Source: Azolla caroliniana | Taxonomy: Eukaryota > Plantae > Polypodiophyta | Direction: 5' to 3' | NCBI GenBank assembly: GCA_043228905.1 | Contig: JBHGNT010000011.1 | Span: forward strand, 8,742,001-8,806,000 | Length of the DNA stretch: 64,000 bases | In this document: positions 1-12,800 of the stretch, piece by piece | How the letters are laid out: each line of letters starts with the position of its first letter | Position numbering within the stretch: the first letter of the stretch is position 1 | The notes under the pieces: generated by a model | Told to the model about the DNA's origin: nothing | What the model saw: the letters and a program-made list of their open reading frames with translations, nothing else | The model's database searches: none | Translations under genes and position numbers: made by a program

Positions 1-70
1 AAGAGACATCCTTGTATCACCTTCACGGTGTTGGTCACCTTGTCTCATACTCCTCTTGGGGCCCAAATCT

Positions 71-82
71 TCTCTGATACCA
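71..82 (-). other. tRNA-iMet-type primer binding site (LTR-element remnant in intron 2 of the host gene)
   Basis: Minus strand reads TGGTATCAGAGA. No associated LTR or ORF can be delimited in the window. Confidence 0.35.
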
Positions 83-467
83 ACTCCGCATACATAAATA
101 TCCCACTGAATACTTTTAGGTACCAATTGTTTGCATTAGTTTGAAATATGTAAGTCTATCATGTGAGTGCAACATAAGATATCTGGTATATACCTTTCCA
201 TATATTTATTATATATGGAAGGGTATCATATAAAAAAGTTATTAAAAATTGAAAAAGGGCACATTCAATTTATGAAAATTTACATACAAAGGGGCTTTTA
301 AACTAGGCCGTGAATGTACATGATGCAGAGGATATACATGTAGTGAATCCCTCAAATCTAAGTTACACGAAGGGATAGTTATTTCCTTGCTTTGTTTTAA
401 CCCTTATATAATAAAGTTCTAAGAATGTTGAATACCTCCATGTTTCATAGCTCGAATTAGAGTTTAC

Positions 468-948
468 CTGGCTTTCCCAAGCCGTTCAAGGATCAGGCGT
501 TGTATAGTTGAAAGTTTGGCATCACAGTGCCGAAGATCACATGCACCAAGAAAGCTCTCACGCACATCCTCAGATGCAATAATCGTAATATTCATTTTCT
601 CGGCATCCTGAAAATCTTGAATGGATGGATCCGTGCATACAAAAGCACCACAATTAGGTTTCTCAAATCTCAAGCAAGCAGTTGAGAGAAGAAGCTTCCA
701 TAGAACCTGCTTCAATAAATGATCGAGTGGTGGAGATGGCGAAGAAAGAGTAGGGCTTTGTAGAAGATTCCATAAATTTCCCAAAGGACACCCTGCCCAA
801 ATGGTATGCATATTTCCTCTCTCAACTTCTATGTCCATTGATGGACAAATAAAAACAGAGTAGAAAATCGAATAAAAGAGAGATCTCGCTTACCTTCTGG
901 GCCTTCCGCAGCAATTTCTTGCAAAGCCACAGAAATTAGGGCATCCAT
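468..948 (-). CDS. GTF3C1: General transcription factor IIIC subunit 1 (B-block binding subunit), exons 1-2; gene continues beyond the window start
   Basis: Exon 1 is 948-894 (MDALISVALQEIAAEGPE G|GTAAG) and exon 2 is 792-468 (CAG|GG TGT...LERLGKAR AG|GTAAA), with matching phases. The joined protein MDALISVALQEIAAEGPEGCPLGNLWNLL...PSIQDFQDAEKMNITIIASEDVRESFLG...IQRLILERLGKAR matches the N-terminus of plant TFIIIC1 as I recall it. Confidence 0.85.
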
Positions 949-1256
949 GACGAGCTCAAGAGGAAAATTGAGCTTCCATGCCAATGTACCGAGAGAGGGC
1001 ACCACTAACTGACACACTAATGCTAAATATGAGAAGAGAATAAAAGAATTAGTAGAAGTATGTATAAAAAAGTACTTGAGCATCTCTACTAACTAGTAGT
1101 AGTTAGTGGTGGTGGTGGTGGTGGTGGTAGTCCTGCTGCATATACATACATATGTTAATTAATTAATAATACACATACACCCCACCCCCCAACTACTCTA
1201 GTCTTATTCTACGCATGTATGTACTATGTATGTTTAGGCATATGTACATACATCAC

Positions 1257-4200
1257 CGTGGTGTCTAAATACCACCAAAAATTGAAGAGGGCAAGTGAGG
1301 GAATCACGGAGAGGGACAGTGCAGGTCGCTCAGCCGAGGGCACATGCAATTTGCCCCGTCCGATGTGGGGGAAAAAAACACGTGAAGAAATCGTCACTTA
1401 TTGGGGAGCCCGACTAGGAGCCCCGCTGTCTGACAACCTTTGTAACTAGGAGCCCCGTTATCTGACAACCTTTGTAACTAGGAGTCCGACTCTGTCAAAA
1501 GGAGCCCCGCTCATTATTAATGAGCACTGATTATAAAACCCTTGAATCACTCATTTTGAACCTATTTTGAAAAGAGAGTTTTAGGGTATTTGGAGGGAAG
1601 AATCAAAGAGGAGCACCACTTTCCACCAAAATCAGAGAGGCACAACACTTTCCACCTGAATCCAAGAGGAGCACCACTTTCCGCTAGTGAGCACTTCCCA
1701 ACCACCTACATTCGATCTGCAAAATGAAGGCAATAATAGGTATGTATTTTCATGGTTACTTTTATGTTTTACATCGTTTAGGGTTTCTTTTCATTTACAT
1801 TTGATCACATGGTTCCATATTCTAACATGGTGAGAGACTTAATTGTTCCATTTTTCAAATGTATCATATAAATACATTGTTATAATTTCAGCATCAATAT
1901 GAAGAAATGTTGAGGAGGAGCCTAATACTCTATTGTGACCCGTTGAATAATCCACCGACAGTCAACTTGAAGACATTGGGTGATTTGGATCCGATTCAAC
2001 AAATTTTGTAAGTATGGCCCAAGTATTGAATAATGGCATTTGTTATTGTAAGAGCTGCAGCAAATGTGTGCATTGGTGTAGGGTAAGGAGCAATGGTTCG
2101 GATTCGAAGATGTGGAGCTCCTTCGAAAACATTGGCAAAATGGGCACGCCGGATTTGGGGCTTTCCCATATATTAACCAGAGGAAATGTTATACATCGTA
2201 ACATAAAATATATGATAGCGGTGTATTATCAAGCTTTTTTGTATCAATTTTTTGTAACAATGTTGTAAATCTTTTTAGTACGTTGGAACCAAGGCTGCCA
2301 ACCTTTTTTGCATATTGTAACCAAGGCAACTTGAATGATCGTGGCTTGTTGTAAATGGTTGATTTTGTAATATGGCATCTATACGTCTTGTGTATCTTCT
2401 TCTTGCCTCTTATTTGTAACATGGATGTAAAGCTTGTTTATATGAAATTGTTTGTATACATGCTGATGAGTTTTGATTCTGTTCAGAGGATGAAGTTTTG
2501 ATTTTTCGGTTTTTGTATGCAATGGATTTTGTTTAGAGGATATGATTAATTGACAACATGAGTAATGCAATGGATTTACTTATGATCTACTCCGAGGGTG
2601 ATGATGTACTTTTGTGTAACCAAAACTGATGATGATGTATATGGATTTTGTAATATCAAAATCAATATTTGAATCTCATTTTGGTTATATTTGACTCAAT
2701 GTGGAGTTAGATCTGTTTTATAGTTCTGTTTGGTGTTCTTTGATAGGAAAGTCCAATAACTTGTGCCTTCATATATTTGCCTTTATTAAACATTAAATTG
2801 AGTAAGATCTTGAGGAGTTTGAGATATCGGATTAAGCCTTCTATTTGATTATCACTTTATTATACTTAGTCCATGATACATATTGTTAATATAATTTCAT
2901 AGGTTATCAATCTCTATGCATAAAAAATGTCACTAGATCTCCAATGACATTAAGTTTCAAGTTTCAAATAAGGGTTAATGTTGAAAATTCTGTTTGAAAC
3001 CCTCAAAAATCATTCTGTTCTGTGTTTTTTTTTTTTTTTTTTTTTCCAAAAAACATCTACTTCCATTAGTTAAGAATGTACAAAGGAATCATTTACAACT
3101 CATATCTTACAAGACATCTTGCATGTCAAAGGAAAACAATGTGTAGATGAAACAACATAAAAAAAAACAACTCCAAAACACCACATCATTCTATGTGTAT
3201 AGCATTACTCGAACACATATTCTCCACGTGAGCCTCATACAAAACAGAATTCAGCATAGATGTCCTCCATTCGCTCCTCATGGCAACACCCATCTAGATG
3301 TTAGGAACACTTGGAGGGAACAGCCACCGCGGTGGTTGATAATTCCACTTCACTTTACCATCCATTATCTACAGCATCGACGAACCGCTCCATTTCCGAA
3401 GGAATCGAGCTCTAGCTTCTTCACTTGCATCAGATGGCCCTTGAAGACTTTCAAACTCACCTCGCAACGTAGAAATAAGATTAAACTAGATCATCATTAA
3501 ATTCTCAGCCGGTGGGGTTCGTTTACCTACGAGGGTCTCCTTGCATCGAGATACCCACACTTGCCAAACTGTAAGGCCGACCACTAATACCCATATGTCC
3601 ATGTAGCGTTCTTGTAAGAAGAATAAACCTCCTTGCGTTGCTGGTTGCACAGATCCTTGCTTCACCATTAAAGAAGGCAAGCCACCCTTGAAACCACGAG
3701 GCCGATTCAGTGGCCAGCCAAGTGATTGCTGCGTATATTTTTTTTACACAAGTTTGTATCTATGAACTAAAACTACATATTGGGGCATCTTTATATGACA
3801 CCTTTTTGCTCATTTTTTCTCACATTGTTATATTTCTTTGTGAAGTGAACATAAATCACAACTTTGTTATGTTATACATGTAGTTGCACTGAAAAGGCCA
3901 TCATGGTAATATCTCAATGTTCTTATATGAATAGCCATTGATTTACTATATGGATCTTGGGTGTGTTAAACCAAGGATTTTCTGTTCAATGCTCAAAAAG
4001 GGCCACAATTCAATCTTATAGACAATCCTACAAGAATACTAATATATGAGTTCAATACATGCTAAACTTGTCCTATTATCATGAGATATTGTAGTTGAGG
4101 AATGTTAAGAGAGAGTGGAGTATCATAGAATCTATTCTTATTTTCCATTCAGCAATAAAATATGTAATCATATATGTGATCCCTTGTGAAGGGGGATTGC

Positions 4201-5630
4201 TATTTTGTAGTTAAAAATTGTGTGAAGGTAATTAATGTGCTTATATGCTCATCCTTCTTGGTGGGATTTGAGTATCATGCTTCTCTAGTATGGGATCATA
4301 CTTATTGCATCCGTTGAGCATGTGAGAATGATATTCACCATCCACAAGGTTTTCTATACATAACCTTGTATATATTCAAAATTGGGTAGTATTATATTGA
4401 TACTGGTACTCTAGAGGGATGTATGTATGGAAATTTATTTTTCCCATTGAAGTGGTACCCGCAGAAGGAAAAGCTTCGGCTATTCGATGGTCATCGATCG
4501 CGTGCCGAAAGCGTTCGGGTCGTTTACACCCTAATAGGGAATCTTTCATGTGGAATTGAAATGTTATAAGTGCCACTGTTTTTGTACTCTTTAGTAGTTG
4601 TTTGCTATGTCTATTTAACCTTGGAAATTCCAAGTGGTGTCCAATGCTTCCTACAAGTTTGAAAATGTGAATGTGTTATTGTGTCATTTCTTCTTGTGTT
4701 GATTGATGATCCATAGATAGTAGTATTCCATGGTAGAAAGTCAAAGAACCAAGAAAATGCCCAAATTATGAAGTGAACATGAGTGAGTTTGAAAATGTGA
4801 ATGTGTCATTGTGTCATTTCTTCTTGTTTTGGCTCATGATCCATAGGTAGAGTATTCCATGGTATAAAGTCAAAGAATCAAGAAAAAGCCCAAATTATGA
4901 GAGTTAACTTAACTTGGAACATGAGTGAGTTTGCATATTAAGGTGACAATCAACATAGCCCAAATGGTAAGAGCTAATTTTACTTAAACAAAAGTGTTAA
5001 GGGCAGGATGCGGATTATAAGGATCATAGGGTAAAAGATCTACAATTGCAAAAGACAAGAATTCATCACATTGTAACTTGTAAAGACGAGAATTCAATAC
5101 CACTATTACGATCCTTAAATGTAAATGAAGTGTAAAGTGACTAACCAAATGTTGAAACCCTAATAAAGAAAGTAATCGAAGAAGAAAAAAACCAAATAGA
5201 ATTAAAAAGAAGAAGGATTTGAACCATAAACCTAGCAAAACTTAAGGATAACTCTAACCAATACCCTATTCATTTTTATTTTATTACATTGCTATATTAT
5301 TTTTTATTACTTTAGTTTTTTGAGAGTTGGGCTCCTACCCACAGTTGGTCGGGCTCCTAGTGACAGAGGCTGTCAGACAATGGGGCTCCTTTTGACAGAG
5401 TTGGGTTCCTGTTGACAAAGGCTGTCAGACAGCGGGGCTCCTTATGACAGAGTCGGGCTCTTGGTGGTAGAGGTTGTTAGAGAGTCGGGCTCCTGGTGAC
5501 AGCGTTGTCAGCTTTTTATGCAGATTGGACAGTGGAGATAGCACGTGCCATCAATTGAGCGACCTGCACCGTCTGCGCCCGCGATTCCCTCATTTGCCCT
5601 CTTTAATTTTTTGTAGTAGTTAGTCACGAG
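1257..5630. mobile_element. Mutator-like (MULE) DNA transposon, non-autonomous or degenerate
   Basis: Perfect 10-bp TSD CATACATCAC at 1247-1256 and 5631-5640. Imperfect ~90-bp TIRs (AAGAGGGCAA.TGAGGGAATC.CGG...GTGCAGGTCGCTCA at ~1284-1332 and its reverse complement at ~5556-5603). Inverted subterminal GGAGCCCCG/TCTGACA repeats at 1404-1510 and 5329-5495. No intact transposase ORF. Confidence 0.8.
4657..4900. repeat. Tandem duplication (~130-bp unit, 2 copies) inside the MULE
   Basis: GTTTGAAAATGTGAATGTG...GCCCAAATTATGA at ~4657-4771 and ~4787-4900. Confidence 0.8.
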
Positions 5631-6250
5631 CATACATCACACATCTTCTCTTGTTGGAGGAAGGTGGTGGTGATAAATGACCGTCGCGTTTCTCAGAGCT
5701 TATGAAGCCGCATTCTCTCTTCTCTAACCTCTATTATCCCGGATTGTATGTAAGCTTGACATGCGGGTGGTGTGGATCCCAATCCCCAATTTATGTGTGT
5801 CAAGTTTGACTCTCATGTTGATGTCTTTTTTATATGTATCTGTGTCTTCTCTTCTTTATTGCTTGTTTTTCTTGAACACTTGGTTTCTTTTTTGCAAACT
5901 TACCCTTTTGCTTTTTGTTTCTTCTTATTTCCTTGGTACCTCCCCCTTTTCATCTCTTGCGTAAATGGTGAGGTGATTCTCTTTGAATCTCTTCGCGATT
6001 ATCCTCATCAGGTGGGCATCGAAGGCAATGCCCCACCCCTACAATATGGAAATGTGGCAAGGCTCTAAATTGGAGATCCCAATCAATCATGACATTATTG
6101 AGTTGTTGCGCCTACTCCAAGATGACACCATCCAACCCAAACTCCTTGGCACTGAAATGATGATGTCATGATGTTGCAGGTCCAAATGCAGAAAATGGGA
6201 AACATGAGAAAAGGAGGTAGTTTTTTTAAATGATATAAAATATATCATAT

Positions 6251-6322
6251 AGTAAAATGTAGTGGTTAATGCTCTTGATTATGTGTGAGGAGGTCCAAGG
6301 TTTGAATCTTGGTGTGAGTGTG
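6251..6322 (+). other. Degenerate tRNA-like/SINE head
   Basis: A-box-like GTAGTGGTT and B-box-like GGTTTGAATCT at tRNA-like spacing. No intact cloverleaf. Confidence 0.3.
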
Positions 6323-7171
6323 GGTATGGGTGAGCCTTTTCTCACTATAAAAAAGGGAGTTTGATGGCCCCTTTTGGAGTTCTCCTATTTAGAATTGTCT
6401 CTTTTAGTTTACGTGTTCTCGGGAGATCTCCCTCTTCTTTTTGTTTTGGGTTTTAGCGTTTCTTGTGTATGGTGTGAGAGTGGATATTGGGCCACTTCTC
6501 CTTGCTACCCTCACATGGGTTGTTTTAGGCTTGGTGCGTGTCTTCCTCTTCTTTGGGATATTTCATTAAGGTTTTATTTCTCGACTGAAGGGGAAAGCAA
6601 CACAATAATAATAGTACTATCTACTTAATGTTGACTTGACCTACCAACGACTACTTTTCCTTGTCCCTTTCTTTGTATGTTTCTACTCAATGATCAATCT
6701 ATGTGGGGTCTCTTTGTCATGAACACCGTCTAGTTAATGGAACACATGAGTTTCCAGCTTAGTGTACTAGGTTTGATTCTTGATGCTCTTAAATCTTCAC
6801 TTTAGCGTTTAATATGCTACCATGCTTGGATTTTGTTTCAACCATCTTGAGTGTTTTTGGTGATGGAGATGGATCTGCCAGAATTTAGCCACTTACGGAA
6901 TGCCAATTCTTTACATATAACAATTTATAATCTACCAAATTACATCACTCTTATGAAAAACAAAACTTTGATACACAAGATCGAATTTGTTTGCTCTAAA
7001 CTCATGATAGCATGCAAAAGGAAAATGAAATAGCAAATAGAAATTATGTCAGAACGATCTTTGAGATTCAGCTTTGTGTCTACGATTGATGACCATGGTG
7101 CCTCTTGTCGTAGTAGGTTTCCCACACCCTCATGATTTGCTTTCCATTGTGAAACCGAATTTTAGTAGAGA

Positions 7172-8325
7172 TTTCACCTAGAATGCCAACTTTCACTTGA
7201 TGTTGACTCCCAACACACAATTCTTTACTTCGACATTGAATAAGCTCCACTACTCAGACTCTAGAGCTGAAATTTTCATTCCAACTTTCACTTAGTGTTG
7301 GGGATTTGACTCCCAATACTCACAATCCTTCACTTCGACATTGAATATGCTCCACTATTCAGATTTCAAAGCCGTCAAAAAATTTGTTCCCACTAACTCA
7401 GAGTTTTTTGGGTGACGGTGATAGATTCACCGGAATTCTGAGCTAAAATTTCACCTCTTATGAAAATAACCATTCTTTACATACATTTTCTCATGGAATT
7501 AAATTTTTTTAGCTTAAAATTCTAGGAGTCCGCAACAACTCATCTCAAGCCTAAATCGAGCCGTTAAACCGTTTAGGAACTGGTTTGGTTCAATTCAGGC
7601 TTGAGCCTCCATAACTAGTTTGAGCTTAGTTTCACCTAGAATCCCAACTTTCACTTGGTGTTGGTGATTTGACTCCCAACACTCGCTATTCTTTACTTCG
7701 ACATTGAATAAGCTCCACTACTCGGATTGTAGAGCTGAAAATTTCGTTCCAACTTTCATTTAGTGTTAGGGGTTTGACTCTCAATGTTCACGATCCTCCA
7801 CTTCAAAATTGAATATGCTCCACTATTCCGATTTCAAAGTCGTCAAAATTTTCGTTCCAACTAACTTAGAGTTTTTTTTGTGATGGTGATAAATTTACCG
7901 GAATTCTAAGCTAAATTTTCACCTCTTATGAAAATAACCATTCTTTACATAGATTTGCTATGAAATTAGATTTTTTATCTTAAAATTCTAGGAGTCCACA
8001 ACATCTTGGCTCAGGTTGTTAAACTGTTTAGGAACTAGTTGGGTTCTAAATTGTTCCGTTCGGTCCAATTCAGGCTTGAGCTAGGTTTGGCAAGGCTTAA
8101 GCCAAACCGATTCCTAAATTGGTTAAGGCTTAAACAAATTGTCCAAACTGGTTAATAAACCGATTCCTGAACCAGATAAGGCTTAAACGTTTTGTCCAAG
8201 TGTGTATAGTATTAATAAACCGGTTTGGGAATTGGTTTAGTTCAAGATTGAAAACTCTCAACCCGATTAAGGCTTAACTACTTTGGTTTGGACAAGGCCA
8301 AACCGGTTAAAACAAAACCAAACAA
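7172..8325. repeat. Tandem duplication (~458-bp unit x2, each with an internal ~110-bp duplication) followed by AAGGCTTAA/AAACCG-rich short repeats
   Basis: TTTCACCTAGAAT...CAATTCAGGCTTGAGC at ~7172-7607 and ~7630-8081. Repeated AAGGCTTAA and AAACCG(A/G)TT motifs at 8090-8325. Confidence 0.75.
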
Positions 8326-9135
8326 TTGTCGATTCCTATAGAATTCCGTGGCAATCCTTAGATAGATACAAATTTTGTAACAATTTATAATCAAACACAA
8401 TACATCATTCATAAAAAAAATACTGATACATCAAGGTCAAAGTTGTTTACTATCAAGTCACACTAGCACTTAGTTTACAATTATCAACCCTATTACATAA
8501 GGTGTACTTACTGAAGAAAATGAAATATTAAATAGAAATTGTGTTGAGCGAGCAAGCTCAACCAAATCCGGATCGACTGGATAAGCCATGAGCTGGATCG
8601 TATCAATGAGGAGCCAGATTGGGATCACGGAGATGGATCGGAGAGCCGGACTCACGTGTGTACCGGTAGGCTGTTTAGAGGACTACGCTTCTAGATTACT
8701 AGGTAGTCATGGTCCTCGTAGTTAGTGTCAGTCGCTCGTGAACATGTTCGCGTTCACAAGTGGAAGGATTGCGCATTCCACTTGTAGAATCTTCTTAAAA
8801 CGAAGCAAATACACCCTCTCTACAAAAATTGGATGCACTAGTATCACATGTTCCTCAACTTGATGAGAATTTGCAAATATAAAAATACATGATAGGTCTA
8901 CGAGTGGGGTCTACGAGTGGAGATCATTAGAAATCATGCAAGTTTAGACGCGTTGATAAGTTAATAATGTAGGCATAATAAAGTTCAACAATGGCTCAAT
9001 ATGTCACTACTGTGCGACAAGGGAAACACTAACTTAAAGACTTATATTAATTAGGTAAGTTTTACAAAAATATGAGGTGTATTTGTATCCATACTAATAA
9101 AATGAGTTATAATTTATACTTTGACCCATACGTGC

Positions 9136-9410
9136 ATGTATATAATTGTGGAAAATGTAGGATAATGCACATTAGGATAAGTGATTGGAATAACTAACTT
9201 ATTAAAGTATTCAATACTTGTATTTAAAGTTGATCTAATCTATTCCTCCGTTTGTTCATATGGGATCAAACCATATGTATATAATTGTGGACAATGTAAG
9301 GCAGTGAACTTTAGGATAATGTTGTGGAAATAACAAACCTAATAAGGCTTTCATACCTGTATTTAAAATTGATCTACTCTATTGCTTAGGTGATTCAAAC
9401 AGGATCAAAC
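9136..9410. repeat. Diverged direct repeat (~139-bp unit x2)
   Basis: ATGTATATAATTGTGG...TGTATTTAAA.TTGATCTA...GGATCAAAC occurs twice. Confidence 0.7.
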
Positions 9411-9803
9411 TCTGAACGATAACGCAAGTGGAACCATTATCAACACACTACACAATCTAAGCAGCAATGGAATAGAAACATAATAGTTTTAACAATAGAA
9501 CACAAAGATCCATAATAATAACATGCACAGTCATGGCAACAATTGTAGGGCCATGTTATCTTAAGGTTAGCTTGGACCAAAATCAGCCTCAATTTAAACT
9601 AATTCATGTTTCTCCATAAATTTGGTAGTAAGCTATGCACGCGGTGAAACCAATGTCATAAATCTACTAACCAAGTATATAAAAATAAAATTAAAACATA
9701 TAGAAGATTATAAAGAATAGAATCCACTAGGAAAAACCCAAAATTTGTATTAATAATGTGAAATCCAAACAAATCGTCAGTGTCATTTTCTTCATAGAGT
9801 CTA

Positions 9804-12800
9804 TTACATAGCAATCAATTCGTCAACGTCATTTTCTTCATCATCTTGTGTAGAACTCTCTTCGCCTATACGTGCATTGGCTTCCCCTGTTAACCGAGCC
9901 AACAAAATATCTTCTATAAGCTCATCATCAAGCTCTATTAGCTCCCCCGGTTCGCCGGCTAACGGAGGAATAGGCTCTCGTGAAGCAGGTTGAAACCTTT
10001 CTATATTAGCGAGGTTCTTTGCACCGACCTCCTCATCCTAGTCTGGGCACTCCCACAAAGCCTTAATCCGCATATTAATAAATATAACCTGCTCCTCGTC
10101 CTTCTCCAATGCAATTGTATTTCTAAAGAGCTTCAATGCACATGCAGACGTCGTTCTTGTGAAGTAAGTAACAAGAAGATTTAGTTGTCAAACAAAAAAG
10201 ATTCGGTATTGGTTATCTCAAGATCGTTACCCTAGTTCGAGGAATACCTGTGCCAGAAAAGAGATCTAATATCCAGTCTCCTTCGATAGAAAACATCTCG
10301 ATCAAGCGCATCATAAGTCGCTGAGGGTTGACAAGTCCCCGTTCTGTCGTGGTGACATGTCGCAATTTCCGTGTCACTGTTGGATATACCAACAGATTTG
10401 AACCTCCCACTTCATTAGAATGCTCCTTGATTCTCAGTTTCTTAATTTCATCGAAGTAGCCAACCGTGATGTATTCAATGGCATTAATGAACCGAAAAGT
10501 TGGCCCTCTATTTACATTGGTCTTGATCCTATAAAAAATAATACATCGAGTTAAGAATAGATTGAACAACCTTAAGAAATGCAATATAGTGAAAGACAGC
10601 TATAAATAATCCTTACCATGCAAGGTTCTCGATGCCATGGCAACGAGATCTCAAAGCTTGAGCTACCGAGTGGTCCATACTATGAAAGACAACTATTCGC
10701 CACAAGGATGCAGTCGTTAGCTCAGCGAAATCCTTGACCATCTTCTCCAATTGTTTAAACCTAAATGGTTCATCGTCGTATGATGACCCAGCCATTCGAA
10801 ATCCGTAAGGAATATCCGCAATCATTAGCGTATATTCCTTCTTTGGCACCTTTTGGATCAAGTTGACGACATCACCGCAAACCACATTGTAGTATAGATC
10901 TCTCGTAATATCTTTTTTGTGGCTAAATTTTTTAAAGGAGCCATCTTCCTCCATTTCATACGCCTTGACTAAGCGACGATCCTTTTCTTTTCTGGCTCGC
11001 TTGAGATGTGCAAGGAAGGATGTAGGGAAATCGTGTATATCCTTAACTTCTCCTTGTTTCTTGCCTCGACACGGTTTCTAATAGAAGCAATAGGACATTA
11101 GGTATTATTATACAAGCTCTACATATGATGAAAGGGTAATGAAAAACCATCAAAACTAACCCAATCCTTGAATGCAATAAAATACTCTGATAACGCCTTA
11201 TATGAAGACGTTAGAGGATAATCCTCGGTCACTTGTTCCCAAGTTATACATCCAAGTTGTTTCATCATAACTTCTTGGATCTTCATGTACACCTTATGAC
11301 TGTAAAATTAGAAATCAAGATTAGAACTATGAATTACACCATGTAGACTACAATTTCAGTATTTCAAAGACTTACTTATTGAACTCAGTGACCATTTCTT
11401 CAAGGCTTAAATCTTTCGCCACAACCCTTGACAAAACAGACACAAGAAGCTGCTCGTCCTTAATACCTTGCATCGCTCTCCACAGAGACAGCTTCATGTC
11501 GTCTGCCGCTTCTTCAATTGTCAAGTCAATTTTCTTGGCGGCTTGTGACTTTAACTCTAGTTGAGGGTCAACCTTACATTTCTTTTGTCGTTGACCCTTT
11601 ACCTCCTTATTCTCCCACATTGAGAAGATTTGATCTTGTAGGTCCCATACTTCTCCATCTTTAAACGCCAATTGAAACCAAGACTCATATTTTCGAAGAC
11701 CATCGGACTTAACATTATCATCTACAACAATGCCGACTTCATGCAGACATTGATGTCGTAGGCCTGGATGTAATTTCACACCAAACTTTTGTTTCACGTC
11801 CAAATACTCGTGGTGGAAGAACCGTATACGCTCAATGGACGACATTTTCTGCCTATAGTCATTATCATTATTATGGTCCCATGCCAACAACTTAGCCTCT
11901 TTGGTTGTGAGCCCAACATAAATTTTGCACTCGGCATACTTGAAGAAGAAAGTCGTTGGATGTTCTCTCACAAGTTGCCGACGTGCCTCAGCTGAATGCG
12001 ATCCACCAATGACAAAGTAATTATATTGATCATGCTTTCTAATATCAAAATCTTCAATGGTTTCACATTCTTCAGGATCTATCATAACAATAAAAGGCAC
12101 CACAGTGGCATGAGGATTAATTTTCATTTTTTTCTTGAGATTTTGAACACGCATGCGGTGTGGCTCTCTAATCTCAAGTGGTTGTCGACCTGTTTTTTCA
12201 TCAATAGGGGGCCGATGGATGTGTGTTATAGGCAAATTAAACACTTGCCCTTTCCTGACCAGTTTACGCTGCATTAACTCTCTCCTTATCTTATTCTGCT
12301 TGGATGACAAAACACCCGATGCCAGCTCAGCTCCTGGCGTCCCCTTATTGTCCTCCTCTTCGTTTTCACTTGTTGAATCGGAGTCCGACATTTTGGTTGT
12401 CTTCTTCTTTGGTGGTCTTGACTGGACTTTGGATACCCTTTTTGTAGCCTTCAATGGGGAGGGCACTTCATCTCTTAGAGTTACATGGCCTTGAATATAA
12501 GGCCTCAAGGTAACAATAAGGTTTTTGAGCTTTCAAGATCTTTTTTGAATGCTTCTGGCCCACAAGATTCCTTTACTAAAAGATCTTTTGAAAGGAACAC
12601 TTTACGTACCCCCTTAGAGCACTCTATCATTACCAGTATGTTGGCCGAATCTGCATCTTCGTAGTCAAATCGTAGAATACGGCCATACATAAATGGGGTT
12701 TCCTTTCCAAGCTGCCCTTCCCCCTTCTTCTTTGTTGTATACAATACGACTTTTTTCTTTGAGTCGACATATTGCATACACCATTCCTTGTCCGTTAGAT

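Noticed and set aside
2014-4633. Transposase or captured genes within the MULE
   Set aside because: Only short ORFs, with no DDE, SWIM or other motif I can recognise.
5761-7125. Short ORFs as a divergent host gene
   Set aside because: They are low-complexity T-rich translations with no recognisable domain or consistent exon chain.
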